This document shows, piece by piece, positions 9,664-20,659 of a stretch of 64,000 nt of DNA. The notes under the pieces were generated by a model that worked only from the letters and a program-made list of their open reading frames with translations, ran no database searches and was not told the DNA's origin. The position numbers were made by a program, and so were the translations under genes. The stretch is from Occultella glacieicola (lineage in GTDB: Bacteria; Actinomycetota; Actinomycetes; Actinomycetales; Beutenbergiaceae), in contig NZ_SMNA01000003.1 in NCBI RefSeq assembly GCF_004353825.1, positions 372,001-436,000 on the forward strand, read 5' to 3'. Within the stretch, counting starts at the first letter, position 1. Every line of letters starts with the position of its first letter.

Positions 9664-10791
9664 TCATCGTTGCTGGGCCCGCTGCATCGAGTCGCGGACC
9701 TCACCGACCAGTTCCTCGAGGATGTCCTCCAGGAACACCACGCCGATCCGCCCGGAGTCGGCCGCGTTGGCGACCGCGGAGTCGGCCTCGGCGACGGCGC
9801 CGGGCGCGAGCACCTCACCGCCGCCGATGCCCGCGTCCGGTGCGGCGCTGACCGCGGCCAGGTGGGCACCGGTGCGCTGCATGGCGGCGAGGACGTCCTC
9901 GATCTCGTCCCCGGTGGCGGCCATGGCCATCGGCCGCACCCGCCAGTCCGGCACCGGCGCCGCCCGCAACTCGTCGGAGTCCGCGTACAGGACGTCCTTG
10001 ATATGCAGGTAGCCGATCACGGCATCGCCGTCGGTCACCGGGAACCTGGAGTACCCGGTCTTCGCGACCGCGTGCTCGACGTCGTCCGGCGTGCACCCCA
10101 GGGGCAGCGTGACCAGGGCATCGAGGCCGACCATCACTGTGCCTGCGGTGGCCTCGGAGAACTCGATGGCACCGGTGAGCAGGCCGAGGTCGTCGTCGAG
10201 GAGTCCCTCGGCCTGGGACCGCTCGACGATCGCGGCGACCTCCTCGGCGGTGAAGGTGGAGGTGACCTCGTCCTTGGGTTCGACGCCGCCGAGACGCAGG
10301 ATCGCGTTCGCCAACCAGTTCAGGAACCTGATCACCGGGGAGAGCACCCGGGAGATCCACACCAGCGGCGGGGCGAACCAGAGGACGGCTCGCTCCGGCG
10401 CGGAGACGGCCAGGTTCTTCGGGACCATCTCCCCGACGACCACGTGCAGGTAGACCACGATCGCCAGCGCGACCACGAAGCCGACGACGTGGCCGGCCTG
10501 CTCGGGCAGCCCGACGGCGATCAGGGGGCCCTCGACCAGCCGGGCGATCGCGGGCTCGGCGACCGCACCGATCCCCGTCGAGCAGATCGTGATCCCCAGT
10601 TGGGCGCAGGCGAGCATGAGCGAGACGTTCTCGATCGCCCACAGGGCGGTGCGAGCGGCCCGGGAGCCGGACTCGGCGAGCGGTTCGATCTGCGAGCGCC
10701 GGGCGGACATGATCGCGAACTCGGCGCCCACGAAGAACGCGTTCGCGGCAAGCAGCACGAGCGCCACGACCAGCGCGGTCCCGGAGCTCAT
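9664..10791 (-). CDS. hemolysin-family (CNNM/DUF21 + CBS) protein
   Basis: NAFFVGAEFA, AQLGIT, GEMVPKN, GYSRFPV, LEDILEELVGEV. Confidence 0.92.
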   Translation of the reverse strand: MSSGTALVVALVLLAANAFFVGAEFAIMSARRSQIEPLAESGSRAARTALWAIENVSLMLACAQLGITICSTGIGAVAEPAIARLVEGPLIAVGLPEQAGHVVGFVVALAIVVYLHVVVGEMVPKNLAVSAPERAVLWFAPPLVWISRVLSPVIRFLNWLANAILRLGGVEPKDEVTSTFTAEEVAAIVERSQAEGLLDDDLGLLTGAIEFSEATAGTVMVGLDALVTLPLGCTPDDVEHAVAKTGYSRFPVTDGDAVIGYLHIKDVLYADSDELRAAPVPDWRVRPMAMAATGDEIEDVLAAMQRTGAHLAAVSAAPDAGIGGGEVLAPGAVAEADSAVANAADSGRIGVVFLEDILEELVGEVRDSMQRAQQR

Positions 10792-12110
10792 CGCCCGTCC
10801 TCCGACTCCGCCGTGGCCTCGGCGGCCCGGACCTGGATCGAGTCCACCCTCCGGGAGTCCATGGTCCGCACTCGCAACGTCACGCCGGGCACCTCGACCT
10901 CGTCGCCGACGACCGGCAGCCGGCCGAGCGCCGTCATCACCAGGCCGCCGAGGGTCTCGTAGGGCGCCTCGTCCGGGACCACGAGCCCGGTCTGGTGGTA
11001 GAGCTCGTCGGGACGCAGGCTGCCCGGGACGATCCAGGTCCGCGCCGGACCGGGCCGTACCACGCGTCGGCCGCGGTCGTGCTCGTCGGCGACCTCGCCG
11101 ACCAGTTCCTCGACCACGTCCTCGAGGGTCACGACCCCGGACGTGCCGCCGTACTCGTCGACGACCACCGCCATCTGCAGCCCGTCACGCAACTCCACGA
11201 GCAGAGGTCCGAGCCGGATCGTCTCCGGCACCCGCGGCGCCTCGTCCATCAACGCACCGACGGGTACGTCCCCGCGTCGCTCGTGCGGGACCGCGACCAC
11301 CCGCCGCAACTGGACGATGCCGACCACCTCGTCCGGTGAGGCGTCGATGACCGGGAACCGGGAGTGCCCGGTCGAGCGGGCCAGGGCGAGCAGGTCGGTG
11401 GCACGGGCGTCCCGGTCCACCGCGTGCATCCGCATCCGGTCCGTCATCACATCGACGGCGGTGAGCCGACCCAGCCCGATCGACCGGGTCAGCAGGGTGG
11501 CCGTGGACATCTCGAGCGTGCCCGCCTTCGCCGAGTGCCGCACCAACGCGGCCAGCTCGGTGGCCGAGCGGCCGCCGCTGAGCTCCTCGCGCGGCTCCAC
11601 CCCGAAGGCGCGGAGCACCCGGTTCGCCGACCCGTTCAGGACCGAGATCATCGGCCGCAACGCGGTGGTGAAGCCGTGCTGGAACGGGATGACCAGTTTC
11701 GCCACCTTCATCGGGTCCGAGATCGCCCAGTTCTTCGGGACCAGCTCACCGAAGATCATCGAGAACGTGTTCACGACCACGAGACTGACGACGACGGCCA
11801 CGGCCGTGGCGATCGCCGTCGTCAGCCCGGTCCGCCCCAGCGGTACGGCGACCAGGTTCGCGACGGCCGCCTGCATCGTGTACCCGAGCAGCACGGTGGT
11901 CAAGGTGATCCCCACCTGTGCCCCGGAGAGTTCGGTCGACAGATGCCGCAGCGCCCTCACGAGCAGCGTGGCTCGCTTGTCACCTGCGGCGCTGCGCCGG
12001 TCGACCGTCGCCGGGTCGAGCGCCACCAGCGAGAACTCCGCGGCCACGAACAACGCGGTCCCGGCGGTCAGCACCACTCCGAGCAGGACCAGCAGCCAGT
12101 CGGTGATCAT
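10788..12110 (-). CDS. hemolysin-family (CNNM/DUF21 + CBS + CorC_HlyC) protein
   Basis: FVAAEFSLV, GELVPKN, GHSRFPV, VVDEYGGTSGVVTLEDVVEELVGE, YETLGG. Confidence 0.93.
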   Translation of the reverse strand: MITDWLLVLLGVVLTAGTALFVAAEFSLVALDPATVDRRSAAGDKRATLLVRALRHLSTELSGAQVGITLTTVLLGYTMQAAVANLVAVPLGRTGLTTAIATAVAVVVSLVVVNTFSMIFGELVPKNWAISDPMKVAKLVIPFQHGFTTALRPMISVLNGSANRVLRAFGVEPREELSGGRSATELAALVRHSAKAGTLEMSTATLLTRSIGLGRLTAVDVMTDRMRMHAVDRDARATDLLALARSTGHSRFPVIDASPDEVVGIVQLRRVVAVPHERRGDVPVGALMDEAPRVPETIRLGPLLVELRDGLQMAVVVDEYGGTSGVVTLEDVVEELVGEVADEHDRGRRVVRPGPARTWIVPGSLRPDELYHQTGLVVPDEAPYETLGGLVMTALGRLPVVGDEVEVPGVTLRVRTMDSRRVDSIQVRAAEATAESEDGR

Positions 12111-12243
12111 CGCGGATCATCGCCGGTCATCGCGGAGTACCGGAGGGCCTTCGACGGGTGGCGGCGGGATAGCCAGGCATAGTGGAGCCAGAGTAGCCCC
12201 CGACCTCCCGGATCCTGCGGCCCGGGTGTGCCAGAGTTTTCCC

Positions 12244-12969
12244 ATGTCGACCGCCCAGCCGCACACGTCAGTACTCATCGTCGAGGACGAACCGGAGATC
12301 GCCGCGCAGATCGCCCGGCGTCTGCAGGCGGAGGGCTGGAGCGCCCATATCGCCGACGACGGGCCGTCCGGGGTGGAGGCGGCAGCGACCCTGCGACCGG
12401 ACCTGATCGTGCTCGACGTGATGCTCCCCGGCATCGACGGCCTCGAGGTCTGCCGCCGGATCCAGGCCGAGCAGGCCACCAGCGGGCACCCAGCGGCGCC
12501 GGTGCTGATGCTGACCGCCCGCGACGACGAGACCGACATGTTGATCGGACTGGGCGTCGGCGCCGACGACTACATGACGAAGCCGTTCTCGATGCGCGAG
12601 CTGCTCGCCCGGCTGAAGGTGCTGCTGCGCCGGGTGGAGCGGTCCCGGCAGGCGCCCACGACCGGCTCCGGTGAGCCGCCGATGGTGCTCGGCGACCTCG
12701 TCATCGACCGGGCCGCGCGCCGGGTGAACCGCTCCGGGGGGGAGGCCCACCTGACCCCCACCGAGTTCGACCTGCTGGTCTGCCTGGCCCAGAGCCCGCG
12801 CACGGTGCTCTCCCGCGAGCGCCTGCTCGCCGAGGTCTGGGACTGGGCCGACGCCTCCGGCACCCGCACGGTCGACTCGCACGTGAAGGCCCTGCGGCGC
12901 AAGCTCGGTTCCGACCTGATCCGCACGGTCCACGGAGTCGGATACGCCCTCGAGCCGACGGCCGGCTGA
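12244..12969 (+). CDS. OmpR-family response regulator
   Basis: LIVEDE, LDVMLPG, LTAR, GADDYMTKPF, winged-helix TVDSHV...TVHGVGY; true start lies inside track ORF 11143..12969. Confidence 0.95.
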   Translation: MSTAQPHTSVLIVEDEPEIAAQIARRLQAEGWSAHIADDGPSGVEAAATLRPDLIVLDVMLPGIDGLEVCRRIQAEQATSGHPAAPVLMLTARDDETDMLIGLGVGADDYMTKPFSMRELLARLKVLLRRVERSRQAPTTGSGEPPMVLGDLVIDRAARRVNRSGGEAHLTPTEFDLLVCLAQSPRTVLSRERLLAEVWDWADASGTRTVDSHVKALRRKLGSDLIRTVHGVGYALEPTAG

Positions 12970-13019
12970 GGGCGGCCCCCTCGCCCCCGCTCCTGCGCCG
13001 CCGTGATGAAGCCGCACCG

Positions 13020-14138
13020 ATGACCACCCCACACGTCCGGCACGCCCGCTCCACGGAACTGAGCTGGTGGCGGCGACTCCTCGGACTGGCCGGCGACCTA
13101 CGCCCGCTCGACCCGATGCGCTCGATCAAGATGAAGTTGATCGTGATCATCGCGGCCACGGTCGCCATGTACACGCTGGTCACCTGGGCGGGTATCCGGT
13201 TCGGGTTCGGGGTGCTGAACACCTTCCCGTTCGCGCTCGGGGCCTCGCTGATCCTCACCCAGATCCTCGCCCGCGGCATGACCCGGCCGCTGCGGGAGAT
13301 GACCGCCGCGGCGCGCTCGATGGCACGCGGCGACTACACCACCCGAGTACATACCAACAGCCAGGACGAGGTCGGCGAGCTCGCCGCCGCGTTCAACTCG
13401 ATGGCCCAGGACCTGGACACCCTGGACGCCCAACGCCGGGAGATGGTGGCCAACGTCTCGCACGAGCTGCGGACGCCGGTCGCGGCGTTGCGGGCCCAGT
13501 TGGAGAACATGGCCGACGGCGTCGTGGAACCCGATCCGGACGCGCTCGAGGGGGCGCTCACGCAGATCGAGCGGCTCTCCCGGCTGATCACCTACCTGCT
13601 CGACCTGTCCCGGCTCGAGGCCGGGGCGGCCAGCCTGGCGCTGACCGACTTCGAGGTGCAGGAGTTCCTCGACGACGTCGCGACCCAGGCGCGGCACGCG
13701 GCCGCCGGGTCCGGCCGGGAGCTGCGCTGGGCGGTGTCCACCGTGCCACCGGACCTCCACCTGACCGCCGACGAGGAGCGGCTGCGGCAGGTCATCTCCA
13801 ACCTGCTCGGCAACGCCTCCCGGCACTCCCCCCACGGGGGCACGGTGTCCCTGCGGGGGCGTTACTCGGCCACGACCGACGAGGTCGTCATCGAGGTGCT
13901 GGACGAGGGTCAGGGCATCCCGGTCTCCGACCGCGAGAAGGTCTTCGAGCGATTCGAACGCGGCAACGCCCCTGCCCAGCGCGGCGGCCTGTCCACCGGC
14001 GGCACCGGGCTCGGCCTGGCGATCGCCCGCTGGGCGGTGAGCCTGCACGGTGGCACGATCGCGGTCGCGGACCCGCCGGGAGGGACCGGGGCCATGCTCC
14101 GGGTGACCCTGCCCGCGCGCGGCCCCGCCGAGGGGTAG
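13020..14138 (+). CDS. HAMP-domain sensor histidine kinase
   Basis: N-terminal TM hairpin, HAMP (DEVGELAAAFNSM), SHELRTP, NLLGNA, DEGQG, GTGLGL. Confidence 0.95.
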   Translation: MTTPHVRHARSTELSWWRRLLGLAGDLRPLDPMRSIKMKLIVIIAATVAMYTLVTWAGIRFGFGVLNTFPFALGASLILTQILARGMTRPLREMTAAARSMARGDYTTRVHTNSQDEVGELAAAFNSMAQDLDTLDAQRREMVANVSHELRTPVAALRAQLENMADGVVEPDPDALEGALTQIERLSRLITYLLDLSRLEAGAASLALTDFEVQEFLDDVATQARHAAAGSGRELRWAVSTVPPDLHLTADEERLRQVISNLLGNASRHSPHGGTVSLRGRYSATTDEVVIEVLDEGQGIPVSDREKVFERFERGNAPAQRGGLSTGGTGLGLAIARWAVSLHGGTIAVADPPGGTGAMLRVTLPARGPAEG

Positions 14139-14328
14139 TCCACAGCAACCGCTGCGGCACCGGTGACGAACCGTTGACCACCCTTTGAACGACCGTCGCG
14201 GGCGCGGGTCCGACGCGTCACATTTTGGCGCGGCGGGGCCGCCCCGTGGCGTTCCAGTGGTGTTCGTCACCTAGGCTTGTGGAGACGATTCCGCACCCGA
14301 TTACTCTTTGGAAGAGGGCGATCCCCGA

Positions 14329-17300
14329 GTGTCCCAGCAGGCACCACACGACCCTGTCTCGGTTCCCACGAACTTCGGCGGCAACGAATGGCTCATCGAC
14401 GAGCTGTATGCCCAGTACCGGGAGGACAAGTCGCAAGTCGACCCGACCTGGTGGGAGTTCTTCGAGAACTATCGCCCCGCGGACCTCGCGACCAACGGCA
14501 CCGGGGGTAGCAACGGCGCCCCCACGGCCAAGCCGGCCGGCGCGGCAGCTCCCGCCCCGGCGCCCGAGCCGAAGGCCAAGGCGAGCAGCCCGCCCGCCGC
14601 AGCGACGCCGTCGGCCCCGGTCGTCGGCAGTGCCGCACAGGCGGCTACGCCGGCCACGCCGGCCGACGAGGTCCGCGCGGACCTGCCCCCGGCCGCGCCG
14701 GAGGTCACCGCGGAGGCGCCGACCGCCCCCTACACGAAGTCCCTCACCGGCGGCGGACCCCGCAGTGCCGGCGGTGACGACGAGGTCGAGAAGCTCCGTG
14801 GCGCGTCCGCCCGGACCGTCACCAACATGGTCTCCAGCCTGGACGTGCCGACCGCGACCAGCGTCCGCTCGATCCCGGCGAAGCTGCTCGTCGACAACCG
14901 GATCGTGCTGAACAACCACCTCCAGCGCAGCCGGGGCGGCAAGGTCTCGTTCACGCACCTCATCGGGTTCGCCGTGGTCGAGGCGCTCGGTGACATGCCG
15001 GAGATGAACGCCGGATACCGCGACCTCGACGGCAAGCCCGGCATCGTGCGTCCCGCGCACGTCAACTTCGGCCTGGCCATCGACCTCGCCAAGCCGGACG
15101 GCACCCGGCAACTGCTGGTGCCCTCCATCAAGGAAGCCGAGACGATGGACTTCGCCCACTTCTGGGCGGCCTACGAGGACATGGTCAAGAAGGCCCGCGG
15201 CGGCAAACTCACCGTCGAGGACTTCGCGGGCACCACGATCTCGCTGACGAATCCCGGCACGATCGGCACCGTGCACTCGGTGCCCCGGCTGATGGCCGGG
15301 CAGGGCACGATCATCGGCGTCGGCGCGATGAACTACCCCGCCGAGTTCCAGGGCGCCTCCACCGAGACCCTCTCGAAGCTCGGGGTATCGAAGGTCCTGA
15401 CGCTCACCTCCACCTACGACCACCGGATCATCCAGGGTGCCCAGTCCGGTGACTTCCTGCGGATCGTGCACTCCAAGCTGATCGGCGAGGACGGTTTCTA
15501 CGACCGTGTCTTCGCGGCGCTGCGGGTGCCGTACGAGCCGGTCCGGTGGACCACGGACACCAGCGACGAGGACGAGTTCGGCAAGCCGGCGCGGATCGCC
15601 GAACTGATCCACGCCTACCGCTCCCGCGGGCACTTCATGGCGGACACCGACCCGCTGGCCTACCGGCAGCGCCGACACGCCGACCTGGACGTGCAGAACC
15701 ACGGTCTGACCCTCTGGGACCTGGACCGCACGTTCCCCACCGGAGGGTTCGGCGGCAAGCCGAAACTGCCCCTGCGCGACATCCTCGGCCTGCTGCGCAA
15801 CTCCTACTGCCGCACCATCGGTTCGGAGTACATGCACCTGCACGACGCCGCCCAGCGCAAGTGGCTGCAGCAGCGCCTGGAGTCCGGCTGGGCGAAGCCC
15901 GAGCCGATCGCGCAGCAGCAGATCCTGCGCAAGCTGAACGCCGCCGAGGCGTTCGAGACGTTCCTGCAGACCAAGTACGTCGGGCAGAAGCGGTTCAGCC
16001 TTGAGGGTGGCGAGTCGCTGATCCCGATGTTGGACAAGATCCTTGAGCGTGCCGCCGAGGAGGGTCTGGACGAGGTCGGCATCGGGATGCCGCACCGCGG
16101 CCGGCTGAACGTGCTCGCCAACATCGCCGGCAAGTCCTACGCGCAGATCTTCGCCGAGTTCGAGGGGAACCAGGACCCGCGCACCGTGCAGGGCAGCGGC
16201 GACGTGAAGTACCACCTCGGCACCGAGGGCACCTACACCTCGGTGAGCGGGGAGAGCACGAAGGTCTACCTCGCCGCGAACCCGTCCCACCTCGAGGCCG
16301 TGAACGGTGTGCTCGAGGGCGTCGTGCGGGCCAAGCAGGACCGGATCGACCTCGGCGGGGCCGGGTTCTCGGTGCTGCCGATCCTGATCCACGGGGACGC
16401 CGCGTTCGCCGGGCAGGGCGTGGTCATCGAGACCCTGAACATGTCCCAGCTGCGCGGGTACCGCACCGGCGGCACTGTGCACATCCTCATCAACAACCAG
16501 GTGGGCTTCACCACCGGTGCCTCCTCGTCCCGGTCCACGCTGTACGCGACCGACGTGGCGAAGGGCCTGCAGATCCCGGTGTTCCACGTGAACGGTGACG
16601 ACCCGGAGGCCGTCGCGCACGTGGCCGAGCTGGCGTTCGACTACCGCCAGGAGTTCCACAAGGACGTCATCATCGACATGGTGTGCTACCGCCGCCGCGG
16701 TCACAACGAGGGCGACGACCCGTCGATGACCCAGCCGGTGATGTACTCCCTGATCGAGAAGAAGCGCAGCGTCCGCAAGCTGTACACCGAGGCGCTCGTC
16801 GGTCGTGGTGACATGACCGAGGACGAGGCCGAGGAAGCACTCTCGCACTACAAGGGCGAACTCGAACGGGTCTTCACCGAGGCCCGCTCCACCGGCAGCT
16901 CCTCCACCGACGCCGGTCAGGTGGCCGGCCTGGAGCGGCCGGAATCCCAACTGGAGGACGCCGGCGTCATGGTCGGTTGGGAGACCGCCGTCCCCGCGCA
17001 GATGCTGCAGCGGATCGGTGACGCGCAGGTGCGCCCGCCCGAGGGGTTCACCGTGCACCCCAAGCTCCTCCAGATGCTGCAGAAGCGGCACCAGATGTCC
17101 ACCGACGGGGACATCGACTGGGCCTTCGGGGAACTGATCGCATTCGGCTCCCTGCTACTGGAGGGCACGCCGGTGCGGCTGTCCGGGCAGGACTCGCGCC
17201 GCGGCACGTTCGTGCAGCGGCACGCGGTACTGCACGACCGGGTCAACGGCGCCGAGTGGACCCCGCTGATGTACCTCGCCGCCGACCAGGGCAAGTTCTG

Positions 17301-18156
17301 GGTGTACGACTCCGCGCTGAGCGAGTACGCGGCCCTCGGGTTCGAGTACGGCTACTCGGTGGAGCGCCCGGACGCGCTGGTCCTGTGGGAGGCGCAGTTC
17401 GGCGACTTCGTCAACGGCGCCCAGACGATCATCGACGAGTTCATCTCCTCCGCCCAGCAGAAGTGGGACCAGTCCTCCTCCGTGGTGCTGCTGCTGCCGC
17501 ACGGCTACGAGGGTCAGGGACCGGACCACTCCTCGGCCCGCAAGGAGCGGTTCCTGCAGCTCGCGGCGGAGGACAACATGATCGTCGCGGAACCGTCCAC
17601 TCCGGCGAACCACTTCCACCTGCTGCGGCGTCAGGCGTACCAGCGCCCCCGCCGCCCGCTGATCGTGTTCACCCCGAAGCAGTTGCTGCGGCTGCGGGCG
17701 GCCACGTCCACGGTGGAGGACTTCACCTCCGGCACCTTCCAGACCGTCATCGGCGACTCCGCCGTGGACGCCTCGAAGGTCGACCGGGTGCTCATGTGCA
17801 GCGGCCGGGTCTACTACGACCTGCTCGCTGAGCGCACCAAGCGGGAGGACGACCGGACCGCGATCGTGCGCCTTGAGCAGCTCTACCCGCTCGACCACGA
17901 CGCCATCGCGGCCGAGCTCGGCCGCTACCCGGACGCCGAGTTCGTGTGGGTGCAGGACGAGCCGAAGAACCAGGGTGCGTGGAGCTACCTGGTCCTGAAC
18001 CTGGCGTACTCGCTGCCGAACGTGGCCGACCCGGAGCGGCTGAAGGGCCGGGTCCGGGTGGTGTCCCGCCCGAACATGGCCGCCCCGTCCGCCGGTACCG
18101 GCAAGAAGCACCAGGCGGAGCAGGCCACCCTGCTGAGCGAGGCTTTCCAACGGTGA
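14329..18156 (+). CDS. kgd: multifunctional 2-oxoglutarate decarboxylase/dehydrogenase (fused E2-like + E1)
   Basis: [55 protein letters not shown]. Confidence 0.97.
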   Translation: MSQQAPHDPVSVPTNFGGNEWLIDELYAQYREDKSQVDPTWWEFFENYRPADLATNGTGGSNGAPTAKPAGAAAPAPAPEPKAKASSPPAAATPSAPVVGSAAQAATPATPADEVRADLPPAAPEVTAEAPTAPYTKSLTGGGPRSAGGDDEVEKLRGASARTVTNMVSSLDVPTATSVRSIPAKLLVDNRIVLNNHLQRSRGGKVSFTHLIGFAVVEALGDMPEMNAGYRDLDGKPGIVRPAHVNFGLAIDLAKPDGTRQLLVPSIKEAETMDFAHFWAAYEDMVKKARGGKLTVEDFAGTTISLTNPGTIGTVHSVPRLMAGQGTIIGVGAMNYPAEFQGASTETLSKLGVSKVLTLTSTYDHRIIQGAQSGDFLRIVHSKLIGEDGFYDRVFAALRVPYEPVRWTTDTSDEDEFGKPARIAELIHAYRSRGHFMADTDPLAYRQRRHADLDVQNHGLTLWDLDRTFPTGGFGGKPKLPLRDILGLLRNSYCRTIGSEYMHLHDAAQRKWLQQRLESGWAKPEPIAQQQILRKLNAAEAFETFLQTKYVGQKRFSLEGGESLIPMLDKILERAAEEGLDEVGIGMPHRGRLNVLANIAGKSYAQIFAEFEGNQDPRTVQGSGDVKYHLGTEGTYTSVSGESTKVYLAANPSHLEAVNGVLEGVVRAKQDRIDLGGAGFSVLPILIHGDAAFAGQGVVIETLNMSQLRGYRTGGTVHILINNQVGFTTGASSSRSTLYATDVAKGLQIPVFHVNGDDPEAVAHVAELAFDYRQEFHKDVIIDMVCYRRRGHNEGDDPSMTQPVMYSLIEKKRSVRKLYTEALVGRGDMTEDEAEEALSHYKGELERVFTEARSTGSSSTDAGQVAGLERPESQLEDAGVMVGWETAVPAQMLQRIGDAQVRPPEGFTVHPKLLQMLQKRHQMSTDGDIDWAFGELIAFGSLLLEGTPVRLSGQDSRRGTFVQRHAVLHDRVNGAEWTPLMYLAADQGKFWVYDSALSEYAALGFEYGYSVERPDALVLWEAQFGDFVNGAQTIIDEFISSAQQKWDQSSSVVLLLPHGYEGQGPDHSSARKERFLQLAAEDNMIVAEPSTPANHFHLLRRQAYQRPRRPLIVFTPKQLLRLRAATSTVEDFTSGTFQTVIGDSAVDASKVDRVLMCSGRVYYDLLAERTKREDDRTAIVRLEQLYPLDHDAIAAELGRYPDAEFVWVQDEPKNQGAWSYLVLNLAYSLPNVADPERLKGRVRVVSRPNMAAPSAGTGKKHQAEQATLLSEAFQR

Positions 18157-18758
18157 GCGCCGCGTCCACCGACGCGGTTGGCACGCGCATCTGTGTGGTC
18201 GGCGACGAACTCGTCGCCGGGCTCGGCGATGCCCGCGGGATGGGCTGGGTCGGCCGGGTGGCGGCCCGGACCGCCTCGGAGTCCCCGTTGGCCTTCTTCC
18301 CGTTGGCGGTGCCCGGGGAGACCAGCACGTCCCTGTCCGGGCGCTGGGAGACCGAGTGCAACCGGCGCTTCGGCGGCGGCGAGAATCGTCTCGTGGTGGC
18401 TCCCGGGTCCGCCGACGTGCAGCACGGGGTGTCCCTGGCCCGGAGCCGGCTGAACCTCGCGAACGTCCTCGACGACGCCACCAACCGGCAGATCCCCACG
18501 TTCGTGGTCGGCCCGCCGCCGCGTGCCGACGTCTCCGAGTCCGCACTCGGTGACCTCTCCGGCGCGTTCGCGGACGTCTGCCAGCGCCGCCGGGTGACGT
18601 ACGTGGAGACCTTCGAACCGTTGCGCACCCATGAGCAGTGGCTGGCGGACATCTCCGCCGGCGACGGCACCCACCCCCAGCAGGCCGGCTACGGCCTGCT
18701 GGCCTGGCTGGTGCTCCACAACGGCTGGCACGAGTGGTTGGGCCTGCCCCAGGAGTGA
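18153..18758 (+). CDS. SGNH/GDSL-fold protein with GDEL in place of GDSL
   Basis: VVGDELVAG block I, VPGETS block II, DGTHP block V; GTGA overlap with the kgd stop. Confidence 0.82.
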   Translation: MSAASTDAVGTRICVVGDELVAGLGDARGMGWVGRVAARTASESPLAFFPLAVPGETSTSLSGRWETECNRRFGGGENRLVVAPGSADVQHGVSLARSRLNLANVLDDATNRQIPTFVVGPPPRADVSESALGDLSGAFADVCQRRRVTYVETFEPLRTHEQWLADISAGDGTHPQQAGYGLLAWLVLHNGWHEWLGLPQE

Positions 18759-18766
18759 GGACCCCT

Positions 18767-20599
18767 GTGACCGACTCGTTCACGATCTCCGGGCAGCAGT
18801 TCCTGCGCGACGGTGTGCCGCACCAGATCATCTCCGGCGCGGTGCACTACTTCCGGATCCCGCATCCGCTGTGGGAGGACCGCCTCCGGCGGCTGCTCGC
18901 CATGGGCGCGAACGCCGTCGAGACCTACGTGGCGTGGAACTTCCACGTCCCGCATGCGGGCACCGCTCCCGACTTCACGGCGGGCGCGGACCTCGGCGGG
19001 TTCATCGACCTCGCCGGTGCGCTCGGTCTCGACGTCATCGTGCGGCCCGGCCCGTACATCTGCGCCGAGTGGGACCTGGGCGGGTTCCCGTCGTGGCTCC
19101 TCGCCGACGACGCGGCCGCCGGTGCTCTGCGGACCTCGGACCCGGCCTACCTGGCCCACGTGGGCGCGTGGTTCGATGTGCTGATCCCGATCATCGCCGA
19201 GCGCCAGCTGACCCGGGGTGGCCCGGTGATCGCCGTGCAGGCGGAGAACGAGTACGGCAGTTACGGCAATGACGCCGACTACCTGCGCGCGATGGTGGAC
19301 GGGTTGCGTGCGCGCGGCATCGACGTGCCGCTGTTCACCTCGGACGGCCCGGAACCCCTCATGCTCGCCGGCGGCACCGTGCCGGGCCTGCTCGCGACGG
19401 CGAACTTCGGTTCGCGGCAGGCCGAGGCCTTCGCGGAGCTCGCCCGGGTGCGGCCGGACCAGCCCGGGATGTGCATGGAGTTCTGGAACGGCTGGTTCGA
19501 CCACTGGGGCACGCCGCACCACCGCCGTGACGCCGCGAGCGCCGCCGAGGAACTGGCCGGGATGCTCGCGGACGGCCGGTCCGTGAACTTCTACATGGCG
19601 CACGGCGGCACGAACTTCGGGGTCTGGGCCGGCGCGAACTGCCACGACCTCGAGGACGATGCGGCGGAACCGCAGTATCAGCCGACCATCACCTCCTACG
19701 ACTACGACGCCCCGATCGCCGAGGACGGCACGCTCACGGCGAAGTTCGACGCGTTCCGGGACGTGATCGCCGCGCACACCGGTCGCACCCCACCCGCCCC
19801 GCCACCGCCGGCGGCACGGCTGGCCCCGCGGGCGGTCGAGGTGACGGCCACCCTCGACCTCGCCGCCGTGCTCGACGGCGTCGCACCGATTCGTGGGGCG
19901 ATCCCCCGCTCGTTCGAACGGCTCGGCATCCACCACGGGGTGGTCCGGTACCTGACCACCGTGGATGCGACGACGACGCCGATCCCGCCCGCGGACCTGC
20001 ACCTGGACGGCCTGGCCGACCTCGCCAGCGTGGTCGTCAACGGTGCGCTGATCGGCCGCCTCGGCCGCACCCGGGCGGACGCCGCCTACGGCCCCGCGCG
20101 CGACGGCCTGCGGATCACGCTCGACCGGCCGGTGAACACGATCGAGATCACCGTCGCCTCACTCGGCCGGGTGAACTTCGGCCGGCACCTGCGCGACGAG
20201 AAGGGGCTGCGGGCGGTGCGGTACTCCCACCAGCACCTGTTCTCCTGGACGCATGCGGGCCTGGACCTGACGACCCTCCCGGAACTGGACTGGACCGCGG
20301 CGGCGACCGCCGCCGTCGGGCCGGTCGGCGGTCTGCACCGGGCCGTCGTGGAGCTCACCGAGCAGGACCGGGCCCGCGACGCCTACATTGCGCTGCCCGG
20401 CTGGCACCACGGCCACGTGTTCCTGAACGGCTTCAACCTGGGCCGGTACTGGAACCCGGCCGGGCCGCAGCGCACCCTGTACGCCCCGGCACCGCTGTGG
20501 CGGGCCGGGGCGAACGAGCTCGTGATCGCCGAGCTGACGCTGCCGGCGGATGCTCCGGGCGGGCCCATCGAGATCCGGGACACCCCGCAGCTGGGCTGA
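18767..20599 (+). CDS. GH35 beta-galactosidase family protein
   Basis: ISGAVHYFR, ETYVAWNFH, RPGPYICAEW, QAENEYG, CMEFWNGWF, YMAHGGTNFG, TSYDYDAP. Confidence 0.93.
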   Translation: MTDSFTISGQQFLRDGVPHQIISGAVHYFRIPHPLWEDRLRRLLAMGANAVETYVAWNFHVPHAGTAPDFTAGADLGGFIDLAGALGLDVIVRPGPYICAEWDLGGFPSWLLADDAAAGALRTSDPAYLAHVGAWFDVLIPIIAERQLTRGGPVIAVQAENEYGSYGNDADYLRAMVDGLRARGIDVPLFTSDGPEPLMLAGGTVPGLLATANFGSRQAEAFAELARVRPDQPGMCMEFWNGWFDHWGTPHHRRDAASAAEELAGMLADGRSVNFYMAHGGTNFGVWAGANCHDLEDDAAEPQYQPTITSYDYDAPIAEDGTLTAKFDAFRDVIAAHTGRTPPAPPPPAARLAPRAVEVTATLDLAAVLDGVAPIRGAIPRSFERLGIHHGVVRYLTTVDATTTPIPPADLHLDGLADLASVVVNGALIGRLGRTRADAAYGPARDGLRITLDRPVNTIEITVASLGRVNFGRHLRDEKGLRAVRYSHQHLFSWTHAGLDLTTLPELDWTAAATAAVGPVGGLHRAVVELTEQDRARDAYIALPGWHHGHVFLNGFNLGRYWNPAGPQRTLYAPAPLWRAGANELVIAELTLPADAPGGPIEIRDTPQLG

Positions 20600-20659
20600 G
20601 ACCGCCCGTGCGCCCACATGCGCGCGCCACTCGGACCCGCCGGATCGAGTGCCGGGCCG

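Noticed and set aside
7268..10012. 914-aa plus-strand ORF
   Set aside because: Off-frame or antisense to three well-supported genes; Arg/Gly/Pro-rich high-GC shadow ORF
14218..17091. 957-aa minus-strand ORF, and similar long antisense ORFs at 34480..36471 and 39271..41496
   Set aside because: Mirror frames of kgd, sdhA and the glycosidase, kept open by GC3 bias
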